IMG/VR virus record: IMGVR_UViG_3300033066_002392
Coordinates: 5,121 to 69,120 of that record
Length of the DNA stretch: 64,000 nt
Direction: 5' to 3' (one strand)
Source of the DNA: a virus
Lineage: Duplodnaviria; Caudoviricetes
A program made the translations under genes and the position numbers. This document shows positions 27,677 to 37,879 of this stretch, piece after piece. Every line of letters starts with the position of its first letter. Positions within the stretch are counted from its first letter, which is position 1. The notes under the pieces are model-generated. The model ran no database searches. It was not told where the DNA came from and saw nothing but the letters and a program-made list of their open reading frames with translations.

Positions 27677-28362
27677 CGGCGGACGCACGCCTCGAGTACG
27701 CCGGCCGGCGAATAACGCTGCCCGACTCCCCGGAGTCGCGCGGCGTTTTCGCCGAAGTCGTCGCCAGCGACTGCTACGGCATCGCCGCCCTGGCCGCCTC
27801 CGGCTTCACGCCGAGGGTGTGCTGGGATTTAGGGGCCGCCTGGGGCTTCGCCTCGCTGGTGATGGCTAGGCACTGGCCCGAAGCCGTCATCTGGGCCTTC
27901 GAGCCGAGGGAGGAGAGGCTGGCCTACGCCAGGGAGAACCTTTCTCCCCTCCCCGGCGTCCGGCTGATTCCGCGCGGCCTGGTGGGCTACTTCGGCAGGG
28001 ATAAAAAGCGGGTGCTGGACGGCATCGCCCACGACGGCCTCTGGCGGAAGACGCCGGGGGAGGCGCTGGGTGGCGGTGTTGAAGAGAGGTGCACCTCGGT
28101 GGCCGCCTTCCTGCGGGAGTACCCGGCCGCCGCGCCGGTCGACTTCCTGAAGATCGACATCGAGGGCTGCGAGATCGGCGTGCTGCGCGAGGCGAGGCAG
28201 CTGCGGCTGCTGGAGTCGCTGCGGCGAATCAGGGGCGAGTGGCATTTTAATGCGTTTGTGGATGTGCCCCGGGTGCTGGGCGACACCCACGAGGTGACGA
28301 TGGGGCTGCCCGAGAAGAACCCCTGGGGCTACTTCGAGGCGTCCAGCCTGGCGAGCTCGTGA
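27673..28362 (+). CDS. FkbM-family SAM-dependent methyltransferase
   Basis: VCWDLGAAWG, IWAFEP, VDFLKIDIEGCE, IRGEWH. Confidence 0.8.
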   Translation: MTADARLEYAGRRITLPDSPESRGVFAEVVASDCYGIAALAASGFTPRVCWDLGAAWGFASLVMARHWPEAVIWAFEPREERLAYARENLSPLPGVRLIPRGLVGYFGRDKKRVLDGIAHDGLWRKTPGEALGGGVEERCTSVAAFLREYPAAAPVDFLKIDIEGCEIGVLREARQLRLLESLRRIRGEWHFNAFVDVPRVLGDTHEVTMGLPEKNPWGYFEASSLASS

Positions 28363-30269
28363 CCGATGGCGGTGAGCAGCCGCGGCAGGGGGGCCTGCGT
28401 GTACACGCCCACTCTCCGGTTCATCCGCGCCTCGTCGTCGAACCGCGGCGACAGGTCGGCGTAGCGCAGCTCGCAGGCGCCGGTCGCTAAAATGTTGCGG
28501 AACAGCCGCACGTTCTCCCGCAGCATCCAGTCGAGGGCGGCCCGCTGCCACTTGTTCATCCGGATGCCGGAGGCTGCCAGCCTGACGCGGAGTTCGCAGG
28601 GCCGCCCCGTGCCGCTGTTGGCGTCGAACTCGTAGTCCCGCAGCGTCTCCTCGAGCTTAGCCCACGACATCCGCCACCCCCAGTTCCGCTAGTTTCCTGC
28701 CGACGGCCTCCAGCAACTCCGGCAGGTGCGCCCTCGAGTACAGCCCCACCCCGGCGTTCATATCGTAATTATCCTGGAAAGCCTTCGGTATGCTGGTGAA
28801 GTGGAGCTCCGGCATCCCGTTGAAGTCGCAGTCGTACAGCGGCACGCCACTAGCCAACATCCAGTCCAGCGCCGCCCGCTGCACCTCCGTCAGGCTGAGG
28901 TCCGACGCGGCCAGGTGGATGCGCAGCGTGGGCATGGGGATGCGGTCGCCGTCATCGTTGTACATGCCCTCCTGCAGCTCCCGCTTCAACTCAGTCCACG
29001 ACATTCCCGTCACCTCCCCGTAGGCCCCTCGCGAATGAACCCAGCTTGCTAAGCAGTTCCGGCAGCTTGTGGTAGCGGTGGACGTTCTCCGGCACCCGCC
29101 TCCCGAGACTGGTGTCGGTACGGATGAAGACACTCTCGCTGCCCTCGTAGCGGGGGTACAGTTCGATCTCCCACTCGAGTATCAGTTCCAGTCCCGCGGC
29201 CCGCACCGAACTCAGGTCCATTCCAGTAACGGCCAGCCTGACCCGCAACTCGCTGCGCTCGCTGATCTGCCTTGTCAGCTCGTGACGCAACTCAGCCCAC
29301 GACATTCTTCTCTTTCCTCTCCCGGCGTAGGTACCTGACGTAGGCGTACACCGCCTTGCGGAACGTGTTGAGGTTATCGTCCTCGTAGGGGTACATGGCG
29401 GGGTCCATCGCCCAGCCCCACTCCTCGTCGAAGTGGAAGGGGTGCCGCAGCGACGCCGCGGCCAGCAGGGCCTCCCTCACGTCGTCCGCCACCCGCAGGT
29501 CCGACATCGCCAGCGCGACGCGCACCGGGCAGGGCCTCTTGCGGTCGTTGCTCAGCTCCCGCGCCAGCTCGTTCTACGACATCTCACTTCTCCACCCAGG
29601 GTTTGCCGCACTCCTCCAGGCGGCGCGACACGTACACCAGCAGCATGAAGACGGAGGGGTGGAAGCCGACTCCCATGTGCAACTTCCTCGCCTGAGGCAC
29701 CTCCAGGTACCAGTCCCACTTCCCCGAGCCGAAGCGTGCCGACCGCGTCAGCAGCACCCTCCGCTCGATGAGCAGGGCCAGCGCCGACTTCACCGACTCG
29801 CTGAAGCTGCCGGTGCCCAGCACGACGCCGAGGTGGAACCACGACGGCTCGCACCTCTCCTTGGCAGCCTGCAAGTACACCCGCTCCAGGGCCGCGCAGC
29901 TCTCGTCGTGCGTCATGGCTACCCTTCGTAGTCGGGGAAGTCGTGGCGGATCGCCTTGCCCAGCTCGTCCAGAAATTGCGTCAGTGACAGCTCGTTGCTC
30001 TCCCGTAGCCTTATGACTTGGCCGGCGAGGAACTCCTCCGAGCTGCCGTACGCGGTGCGGAACTCCGGCCCGAAAATCCTCGCGCACCGATCCAGGCCGG
30101 TCCTACCACCCATCAGGCTGAGGCGGCGGGATTGCATGAAGGAGATCGCCAGCCAGGCGTCCGCGCTCAGCTCAAGGTCGTTTAGGAGCATGTGCACGGG
30201 CAGCCACCTGACTTCGGGGCCGTAGTGGCAGAGCTCCAGCATCACGCAGTCGTCCTTACTGTCCCACAT
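28329..30269 (-). CDS. Paralog array A: 28329-28670, 28657-29004, 28991-29305, plus divergent members 29584-29916 and 29919-30269
   Basis: Shared MSW.EL...LR(V/I).LA.S...L...QRAALDWML core and C-terminal LP.LL..(I/V/L)G. Confidence 0.75.
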
Positions 30270-30279
30270 CCGCTTCACC

Positions 30280-31050
30280 TCAGTAACTCGGCCTGTACCT
30301 ACAAGCACTCCTGGCGATCTCCCTCACCTTGTCGTCCGCCAGCGGCGGGTCGCAGCGCTCGTTGAACACGAACAGGCACCTCTCCACCTCCCCCGGCGTC
30401 CCCCCGTACCTCCGCAGCGAGCAGCCCAGGCTGAAGAGCCTGCGCTTCCTGCCGTCCGTGATGGGCGCCCCCTCCCCCACGCCGGGGAACTTCTGGCTCA
30501 CCGACACCGCCCGCGACAGCGCCAGCGGCAGCGGGCGGGGGGCGCCGCCCCTGCGGTAGGAGAGCCAGCGGTACGGCCTCCCCGAGGCGTGCACCGACGG
30601 CGGCACCACCGTCTGCCTGCCCCCCGACAGCAGCTCCGCGCCGCCGGGCAGCAGGCCGGAGCGCACCACCTCGTCGGCTGGGTAGCTGAAGAGGAGGCGC
30701 ACGCCGCGCCCCGTCTGGAAGCTGAGGACGCCGGGGGGGATGTCCCCGCCGAGGAGGCACTCGACGGCCGCGTAGGAGCCCTCGTCGTCGCAGTCGACGC
30801 CCACCAGGTTGCTCACCGGGCCCAGCACGACGCCCAGGTTGGCGTTGGGGTGCCGGTCGAACTCCCACCGCAGCCGGGACTCCGACTGCACCTCCGAGTG
30901 CAGGTGCTCCCAGCGGTAGAGGGGCGCCTTGCCCGGCTTGCGGCAGGACTCGCGGTGCCGGGCTGGGACGCCGGAGTGGGAGGGGGGGCACAGGGTGACG
31001 GGGTTCCACCCGCGGGCGAGGTACTCCTCCCCGGCGTCCAGGCAACTCAT
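30280..31050 (-). CDS. Bifunctional DNA primase/polymerase (Prim-Pol, AEP) with PriCT-like C-terminus, no helicase
   Basis: YLARGWNPV, GKAP, NANLGV, VGVDCD, QTGRG, VVPPSVHASGRPYRW, NERCDPPL. Confidence 0.85.
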   Translation of the reverse strand: MSCLDAGEEYLARGWNPVTLCPPSHSGVPARHRESCRKPGKAPLYRWEHLHSEVQSESRLRWEFDRHPNANLGVVLGPVSNLVGVDCDDEGSYAAVECLLGGDIPPGVLSFQTGRGVRLLFSYPADEVVRSGLLPGGAELLSGGRQTVVPPSVHASGRPYRWLSYRRGGAPRPLPLALSRAVSVSQKFPGVGEGAPITDGRKRRLFSLGCSLRRYGGTPGEVERCLFVFNERCDPPLADDKVREIARSACRYRPSY

Positions 31051-32258
31051 CTCAGTCCCATTCCTTCCCCCTGAACTTGCGTAGTATGTCAACCATCTCA
31101 GCGGTATCCTCGGAGCCCTCTCTGTCGACGACGAGTATCTCACCGCCGTTGTCCAGGTTGACCGTCCTGTGTAGTACCAACTCTTCGTGCGCCTCGAGGA
31201 TGCGTCTGGCTGCCAGGTACTCCGGACTACACAGGCTCGATTTGCCCTGGCGCATCCACTCCAGGTAGAGTGTCCAGAAGTTTCTTATCACTGCTAATCT
31301 CTCGTCCCGCCTGGCTTCCGATTCCATCACTTCACCTTCCTTACCCTCGGCTTCTTCTCTTTCTTCTCCCCCGGCGTCTTCTTCGCCTTCGCCTCCCGCT
31401 CCCCCGCCAGCAGCCCCTCCAGCCGCTCCACCTCGGCGGCGACGCGGTCCACGTCGCGGTCGCAGTAGTGGTGCCCCGCCTGGAAGCTGAGCAGCCGGTG
31501 GGCGAGGTAGCGGTGCCTGCCGCCGTCGTAGCCGGCCAGCGGCAGGGCGTCGCACAGCAGCGCGTCCTCCAGCCGGATCTCGAAGTACACGTGCTCCCGG
31601 CCGACGTACACCACCGTGCCGCCGCCCGCCTCAACCGATTCCCTCGCCGACTTGCCCCGGCCCGGCACCAGGTGCCGGCTCTTCGAGGAGAGGTTCGGCA
31701 TCCACTGCTCCGCCGCCGTCGTCATCGCCCGCTTCGCCACCCTCGGCCCCCAGTAGTTTGAGAACGGCCGCCGCCAGCCTCGTGGGCAGCGAGCGGCCGT
31801 AGTTCCTCGCCAGCACCTGGGTCGCCAGGCTCCTGGCTTCATCCCCCGGCGTGGTCATCGATCAACCTCATCAAGTCCTCGACGCAGCCCGTCTTGCCGA
31901 CGAGCGCCTTCAGCCGGTGGAAGTCGTCCCCGGTGTACCACACCACCTTGTAGGAGAGGTGAATCTTCTCCAGGTGGAACCCCTTGTACGCCGCACTGCC
32001 CCGGGCCTCAATTTCGGACCTCAGCCCGGAGGCCGTCTGGGGGCCCTGGCGTGCCCCGGGAGGCGCCGCGTTCGCCGGGGCGCCCACGGGGTGGGCGAGG
32101 GGCGGCGGCGCCGTCTGGACGACCTGGAGGCGAATGCTGGTGCCCCCCGACGAGGGCGCGTCCACCGGCTGGTAGCTAAACAGCTTCGCCACCTCGTCCT
32201 CACTGAGAGTGAACTTGAGGATGAGCGGCGTCGACTTCTCTATCTCCATTGATACCCC

Positions 32259-32910
32259 TCAGTCGTTGATTTTGACGTTGACCCCGAGCCCGGCGCACAC
32301 GTCCAGCACCTCGTCCTCGCAGTCCCGGAAGAACGGGCCGGTGAGCGTGAGGGTGTACGTCGACTTCTTGAAGGTGGCGTACCCGAGGGTGACGTGGTGC
32401 CGCGCGTCGACCGCGTGCTTCGTCCAGTGGTGGCGCAGGTCGCCGCCGCCATCCAGATAGATGACCGGCTTACAGTTGCCATTGCCCCTGGCATACTCCA
32501 GGGCCTCCCTCAGCACCCTCAGCAGTTGTTCGGGGTCCGCCAGGTGGAAACGGACGGCCCTCTTACTCTTCTCCCCCACGGCGTCTCCTTCACTTCTGCC
32601 TGAAGCCGCACTTGAAGCCGAGCTGCCCGCACACGTCCCTGACCTCGTCCTCGCAGTCGGCGAAGAAGGGGCCGTGGAAGACGAGGGCGCCGTTCCTCGC
32701 CGAGCGGGAGATGGCGCCGAGCGTGTACGTCTCCCGCCTCCGCACCGAGCCGACGTTGAAGCCGAGGTACAGGTTGCCGTCCTTCCGCCCCATCATCACC
32801 AGCGGCCTGGCGAACGGGTGGTTGGCGAAGTGTGGCCCCACCTCCTTGATTACTTTCATCAGCTCACCTGGGTCATTCAGGTGGTAGCTCACCGCCCTCG
32901 TCGTGCTCAC
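32259..32910 (-). CDS. Paralog pair B: 32259-32579 and 32590-32910
   Basis: Both have RAV.(F/Y)HL.DP..L..V..E and GPFF.DCEDEV.DVC..LG. Confidence 0.8.
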
Positions 32911-32915
32911 TCCCC

Positions 32916-33638
32916 TCACCTCTTCAGTAGTGCCAGTGTTCTCTGCACCCTCTTCGTGCCGCTTCCGTGTGCCGCGAAGCCAATCGTGATGCCCTTCCGC
33001 AGCAAGGCCTGGTCGTCCATGCACAGCCTGCAAATGCTGCAATCGACGTCCAGCCCCGCCTGCTCCGGGCACGGCTGCACCCTGACTCCCTCCCCGGCGT
33101 CGAACGGCTTCACGCCGCGGGGGAATGCCGGCACCGTGATGCAGGCGGCGTAGCCCCGGGCGTTGGCCCTTTTGACTTCCCCCGGCGTCTCGCACGAGGC
33201 GAGCATGCTCACCCCGCCCCAGGCCTCCCTGGGCACCCTCCTGTGGGCGTGGGTGTAGCCGAAGACGGGCTGGCCGTACCTGCGGCGGTAGCGGCCGGAG
33301 GCCAGGGACACCGCCCTCGCTGCGCCCGCCGTCCTGCTGTCGCCGCCGGAGTGCAGCCGCAGCGGCAGCCTGCCGCTGAGCCGGTCGATGACGGCCGCCT
33401 CGTTGCGGGCCAGGGCGAGCGGCGTCAGCCCCTCGTCCTCGGCCTGGGCGTCGAGGCGCCTGCGGATGATGTCGATGGGGCCGTACTCGTAGTAGCAGCC
33501 CTCGCCCAGGAACCTGCAGTCCCCGGGGCAGCCGGGGTTCTGCGCGACGTAAGTCGTCGAGCAGAGCCCCAGCTTCTTGTTGCCCGAAACCTCCACCCCG
33601 GAGACGCCGGGGAGGGAGACGCTGTTCGGCCGCTTCAC
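32916..33638 (-). CDS. GP88-like Cys-rich phage protein (possible Fe-S)
   Basis: CPGDCRF..GCY, RLHSGGD, FGYTH, CPEQ..CSICRLC, IGFAAHG. Confidence 0.6.
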   Translation of the reverse strand: MKRPNSVSLPGVSGVEVSGNKKLGLCSTTYVAQNPGCPGDCRFLGEGCYYEYGPIDIIRRRLDAQAEDEGLTPLALARNEAAVIDRLSGRLPLRLHSGGDSRTAGAARAVSLASGRYRRRYGQPVFGYTHAHRRVPREAWGGVSMLASCETPGEVKRANARGYAACITVPAFPRGVKPFDAGEGVRVQPCPEQAGLDVDCSICRLCMDDQALLRKGITIGFAAHGSGTKRVQRTLALLKR

Positions 33639-33848
33639 TCTCGCCTCCTCTGTTGACTGAGTTGCGGCCGCTGCCCTTTAGTCAGTTACTCCACCCTCAT
33701 CAGCCCGTCGCCCACCAGGCTGGCGGGCTTCTGCTTCACCAGGCGGTTGCGGAACGCCGCCACCACCTCGTCGTAGTTCTCCGGGTCCAGCACCCTCACC
33801 GGCAGGCGGATGGTGACCTCGACCTCGGTGAACCCCCTCCCCGGCGTC

Positions 33849-34274
33849 TCAATCGTCAGGCTCGGCCCAGCCATCGATGTCCTCCGTGTAAAAGTCGTCG
33901 TCCGGCCAGCGGTACGGGAGGGAGTAGCGGTGCTCCTTCCTCCACGCCCTGCTTCTGATGGTGTCGTCCATGTCCCGCTGCGCCTCCGCCAGGAGGTACA
34001 GGTGGAGCCTGGTGAGGCGCCACGGCTGCCACGGCAGCCGCTGCGCCCTCAGCCTGTCGCGCATCTCGGCGGTCCACGCCTCCGCCCTGCCGCGCGACAC
34101 CCGCATGGGGTCTCCGAACACCACGCCCCCCTCCCCCGCGTGCGGCCTCCCGTCCGGGGTGCAGTAGCTGAAGAGGCACCCCGCCAGGTGAGTGGAGGGG
34201 TGTGCCCAGGCGGAGTGCTTCTCCGACGGGACCAGGGTGAGGTACTTGACTGCCTTCGCGTACTTGCGTCGCAT
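33849..34274 (-). CDS. Hypothetical protein
   Basis: ORF tiling in the minus-strand early region. Confidence 0.5.
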   Translation of the reverse strand: MRRKYAKAVKYLTLVPSEKHSAWAHPSTHLAGCLFSYCTPDGRPHAGEGGVVFGDPMRVSRGRAEAWTAEMRDRLRAQRLPWQPWRLTRLHLYLLAEAQRDMDDTIRSRAWRKEHRYSLPYRWPDDDFYTEDIDGWAEPDD

Positions 34275-34784
34275 CTACCTGACGTGCTTCCAAATCTTGT
34301 TCTGGAGAATTCTGTAAACCGTGAGCGCGCTCACCCGGAACTTCGCCGCGAGGGACTTCGGGCCCTCGCCGGCGGCGTGGAGGTTGCGGATGAGCCTCAC
34401 CTTCGTCGCGTCCAGCTTCTTGCCGCGGGCGCGTGGCCCCGGCCGGGTCCACCGGCGGGCGGCCCAGACGACGTTGGACGCGGAGTTGTTGCGCGGGTCG
34501 CCGTCGAGGTAGCCCACCGCCGCGCCCGGCCCCGGCCTCGCCAGGCCCGCCGCCAGCAGCTGCAGCTCCCCGACCGCCACCGTCCTCATCACCCGGTTGC
34601 CGAGCCGGGTCCGCCCCGCCAGCTTGACGTAGGCCTTCCCGTCCCGCCCCCCGGGGTAGGGGGCCATCGGCCTGGCCTCCCCGCCCCGCCGCAGGGAGTA
34701 GACCCTCCCCCCGGCGTCTATCGCGTAGCCCTCGAAACCCGGTATCCCCCTCAACGACACCCCGGACAGAGCCGCCATTGGCAT
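34275..34784 (-). CDS. NUMOD4 + degenerate HNH + C-terminal HTH protein
   Basis: IPGFEGYAIDAGGRVYS; VGYLDGDPRNN has Tyr where His is expected; KLDATKVRLIR..LAAKFRVS..TVYRI. Confidence 0.7.
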   Translation of the reverse strand: MPMAALSGVSLRGIPGFEGYAIDAGGRVYSLRRGGEARPMAPYPGGRDGKAYVKLAGRTRLGNRVMRTVAVGELQLLAAGLARPGPGAAVGYLDGDPRNNSASNVVWAARRWTRPGPRARGKKLDATKVRLIRNLHAAGEGPKSLAAKFRVSALTVYRILQNKIWKHVR

Positions 34785-35202
34785 CTCGACTTCCCCTTTC
34801 GTCGGTGAGACGCATCATCATCGGGCGTTCACTTCTTCCGGCGCAGCAGCCGCTCCCCGTACTCGTGGACGTAGGCCCCCCAGTGGTCGGCCGCGGCCAG
34901 GATGAATTTCTCCACCACCAGGTATTTGGCGCTCAGTGCCGCCGGCGCCAGGGGCTCGGCGGGCAGGCAGGCCAGGTACACCTCGTCGCCGGGGGAGGCG
35001 TCGGCCCAGAGGACCCGCTCGTACCCCTCCGGCGGCTCCAGCAGCGCCAGGTCGATCATAGTATAGCTACCCCTAAGACGGGCGATTTCGCACATCTTAA
35101 CACATGATATCCAGGGTGACAAGGCCCCAGAGAATTCAGACTTCGCCCTTGTTTCCGCGCGCGCGGGGCGGTAGAAATGCAGCGTTGCGGGTGTTCACCA
35201 GA

Positions 35203-35248
<46 letters not shown>

Positions 35249-35340
35249 GACGGAAGTGGAACACCTGCAAGGATTTACGCCCTCGGCTCCCCCGCGCTGG
35301 GGGAGGCACCGGGGGCGGCCACCCTGCAGGAGTGCAGAGA

Positions 35341-36399
35341 ATGCCCCACTTCCCGAAGCCGTTCTGGCGCAGCAACCCGGCCGGCTGGTGCGTCGAAATC
35401 GGCGGCAAGCAGAAGGGCCTGGGCACCGACTGGCCGAAGGCGCTGGCCGAGTACGCCCAACTTCTGGCCCGCGACACGGCGGGACTCGCCGAATCTTCCG
35501 GCACTGAACGGGCGCCCACGGGTTGTCCCCAAAACGTCCCCAAAGTGAGCCTGGCCGACGCCGTCGACTCCTTCCTCGCGGACTGCGCCGCCCGCCTACG
35601 CCCCGGCACCGTGCAGTGGTACCGCGAGCGGCTGGGCTGGATGGCCGCCGCCGTGGGGAGGGACACCCCCCTGGAGTCGCTCACCGCTTCGGCCGTGTCG
35701 CGCTGGGCGATGGACCCGAAAAAAGACTGGAGCCCGGCCTACCGCCACGGCCTGCTGACGGCGGCGGGGCGGCTGACGTCCTGGGCCGCCCGCCACGAGG
35801 TGGTGCCCCGCGACAACCTGGCCGGCAAAATCAGCAAGCCCTCCCCGGTGCCAAGGAGCCGGATCCTCTCCGAGGCCGACTACCGCAAGCTGCTCGGCAT
35901 CTACCCCGCCGGCGACACCTTCCTGGATTTGCTCACCCTGTGCTGGGAGACGGGCTGCCGGCCGCAGGAGGCGCTGCGCTTCGAGGTGTGCCACTACCAG
36001 GCTGCGGCGAGGAGACTGAGCCTGCCGTCGCGCCAGGCGAAGGGCGGGGTGCGGGCGCGGCACGTCTACCTGAGTGACGCCGCCGAGGGCGTCGTGTCGC
36101 GGCTCGTGGCGGGCAAGGGGGCGGGGGTGCTACTGCTCAACGAGGACGGGGTGCCCTGGAAGCGGCACGCGGTGGCGTGCCGGTTCGGCCGGGCCGCCGG
36201 GGTGCTGGGCGTGAAGTACCGGCTCTACGACCTGCGGCACTCCTTCGCCCACCGCATGCTGGCGGCGGGGGTGCCGGCCGCCTCGGTGGCCCAGCTGATG
36301 GGGCACGTCGACACCCAGATGGTGCTCCGGGTGTACGGCCACCTGGAGGCGGCGGACGAGTTCCTGCGGAGCGAGTTACGCCGGGGGAAGGCCGGTTGA
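35341..36399 (+). CDS. int: Tyrosine integrase/recombinase
   Basis: TGCRPQE, YDLRHSF, LMGH..VYGH catalytic motifs; N-terminus MPHFPKPFWR..WCVEIGGKQ. Confidence 0.93.
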   Translation: MPHFPKPFWRSNPAGWCVEIGGKQKGLGTDWPKALAEYAQLLARDTAGLAESSGTERAPTGCPQNVPKVSLADAVDSFLADCAARLRPGTVQWYRERLGWMAAAVGRDTPLESLTASAVSRWAMDPKKDWSPAYRHGLLTAAGRLTSWAARHEVVPRDNLAGKISKPSPVPRSRILSEADYRKLLGIYPAGDTFLDLLTLCWETGCRPQEALRFEVCHYQAAARRLSLPSRQAKGGVRARHVYLSDAAEGVVSRLVAGKGAGVLLLNEDGVPWKRHAVACRFGRAAGVLGVKYRLYDLRHSFAHRMLAAGVPAASVAQLMGHVDTQMVLRVYGHLEAADEFLRSELRRGKAG

Positions 36400-36963
36400 G
36401 CTAAGTCTCGCCTCCCACTCCGCCTTGTCGAGGTAGACCTTCGGGACGCCCTTCTCGCGGAGGGCGTCCGCCAACCCCATGCACAGGGAGTAGACGTCGT
36501 CCCCCCTGCCGCCCACGTCCTCGGTCCAGGCGTACCTGTCGCCTAGCGTCTCGACGCAGAGGAACTTCTCGCCGGAGCCCCAGGTGCGCACGGAGACGAG
36601 GCACTCTTCCAGGTCCTTGAGCTCCCCGAGTACCTCGTCGGCCATTTCCCCGGCGTCAAGCTCGGAAGCGTCCGGCCCGTCCACCCACACCCAGCCCAGG
36701 ACGTACTGGCCCCCGTCACTGCCGCTGATGGTGGAGTCGGAGTCGAACTCCACCTCGCCCTCCCTGGCCTCGGCGTCCGCCCTGGCCACCCACTCCTCCC
36801 GCTCGGCGTTCAGCACGGGGTCGGTGTAGTAACGGGTGAACTCCGCCACGTCCTTCGCCTGGCTCGCGAACCCGGCGGCCTCCAGGGCGGAGACTACCGT
36901 CGGGATGCACTTCACCGGCACCCGCATGAAGGCGGGCTGCTCGGGGTCGATTGACTTGCTCAC
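36376..36963 (-). CDS. Hypothetical acidic protein
   Basis: ORF convergent on the integrase; purine-rich RBS upstream. Confidence 0.55.
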   Translation of the reverse strand: MSKSIDPEQPAFMRVPVKCIPTVVSALEAAGFASQAKDVAEFTRYYTDPVLNAEREEWVARADAEAREGEVEFDSDSTISGSDGGQYVLGWVWVDGPDASELDAGEMADEVLGELKDLEECLVSVRTWGSGEKFLCVETLGDRYAWTEDVGGRGDDVYSLCMGLADALREKGVPKVYLDKAEWEARLSSTGLPPA

Positions 36964-36996
36964 TTCTTCTCCTCCCGGCGTCTTCCGCCGTCAGTA

Positions 36997-37809
36997 TCAC
37001 TCCAGCCCCAGTACCAGGTCGACAACCCAGCAACCCCTCACGTGCGGCCCCGGCGAGCGGAGGTGTGCCAGGAGCGGGTTGGGCGTAAACACCTTCTTCT
37101 CCTTCTTCACCTTGTGGGTGCAGGTGTCCATCGCGTCGAACTCCTCGCAGCCGTACATGAAGGCGTTGCAGTACTCCGTCACCTCCACGCCCTCCTCCCC
37201 CGCCGGGCACCCAGCCTCCTCCAGGGCGTCCGCCAACAGTGACAGGCGGAACGGGTCCAGCGTCCCCTCGTTGCCCGTGCCGTGACACCTCTGACAGTCC
37301 GCGCCGTACCTCCTCGCGTAGACGCACGGGCACGGCCCCCGGAGTTCGTCGTAGGCGGCCTGGGCAATGGAGAGGGCGGTGGGGGTAAACCATCCCGGCT
37401 CGTAAAAAATGTCGGTCGCCCCCTTCACCCTGCCGGTGAATTCCCACTTCGCGGGCATCCACCGGCGGAACGGGTTGCCGACGATCTCCCTGAGGAGGTT
37501 GGCTTCTGCTCGTGAAGTCGTCCGGGCTATTCGAGTTGCCGCGTGCACCGCGTCGGGGTCGTAGATTATGAATGAAGTATCCCAGGCCTTCGGCACCGGG
37601 CGCTCGCCTCCTTCCGCCCACGCCTCGCAGGCCACGGCGACTTTCTGCTGCTCGGGGATGCCGGCCGCGTTGCGGCGGAAGCAGGCGCAGGCGAACAGTC
37701 GCAGTTTGCGCTTGCTGCAACCGGGGCCGCCGCCCGGCACGTTGTCCGCCAGGAGCCAGTGCAGCATCGCCGCCGGTTCGTTGCTCGCCAGCCACTCGCT
37801 CTCGTTCAC
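36997..37809 (-). CDS. Gemmataceae-type paralog-family protein with inserted Cys-rich segments
   Basis: EWL..P.AML, KRKLRLFACAC, LLADALEEAGC, HLRSPGPHVRGCWVVDLVLG. Confidence 0.7.
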   Translation of the reverse strand: MNESEWLASNEPAAMLHWLLADNVPGGGPGCSKRKLRLFACACFRRNAAGIPEQQKVAVACEAWAEGGERPVPKAWDTSFIIYDPDAVHAATRIARTTSRAEANLLREIVGNPFRRWMPAKWEFTGRVKGATDIFYEPGWFTPTALSIAQAAYDELRGPCPCVYARRYGADCQRCHGTGNEGTLDPFRLSLLADALEEAGCPAGEEGVEVTEYCNAFMYGCEEFDAMDTCTHKVKKEKKVFTPNPLLAHLRSPGPHVRGCWVVDLVLGLE

Positions 37810-37879
37810 CCTGCCCTCCCCGGCGTCTTCCAGAAAAGAAGCCGCCGCCTTTCGCGGGCGGCGGCTCAAGACTTCACAA

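Noticed and set aside
8844-28362. Diversity-generating retroelement acting on tail or adhesin genes
   Set aside because: No reverse transcriptase motif and no TR/VR pair with adenine-specific mismatches seen in the window
27673-28362. FkbM protein as a DNA methyltransferase protecting the motif
   Set aside because: No DPPY/NPPY or PC catalytic motif; FkbM-family enzymes typically act on small molecules or glycans
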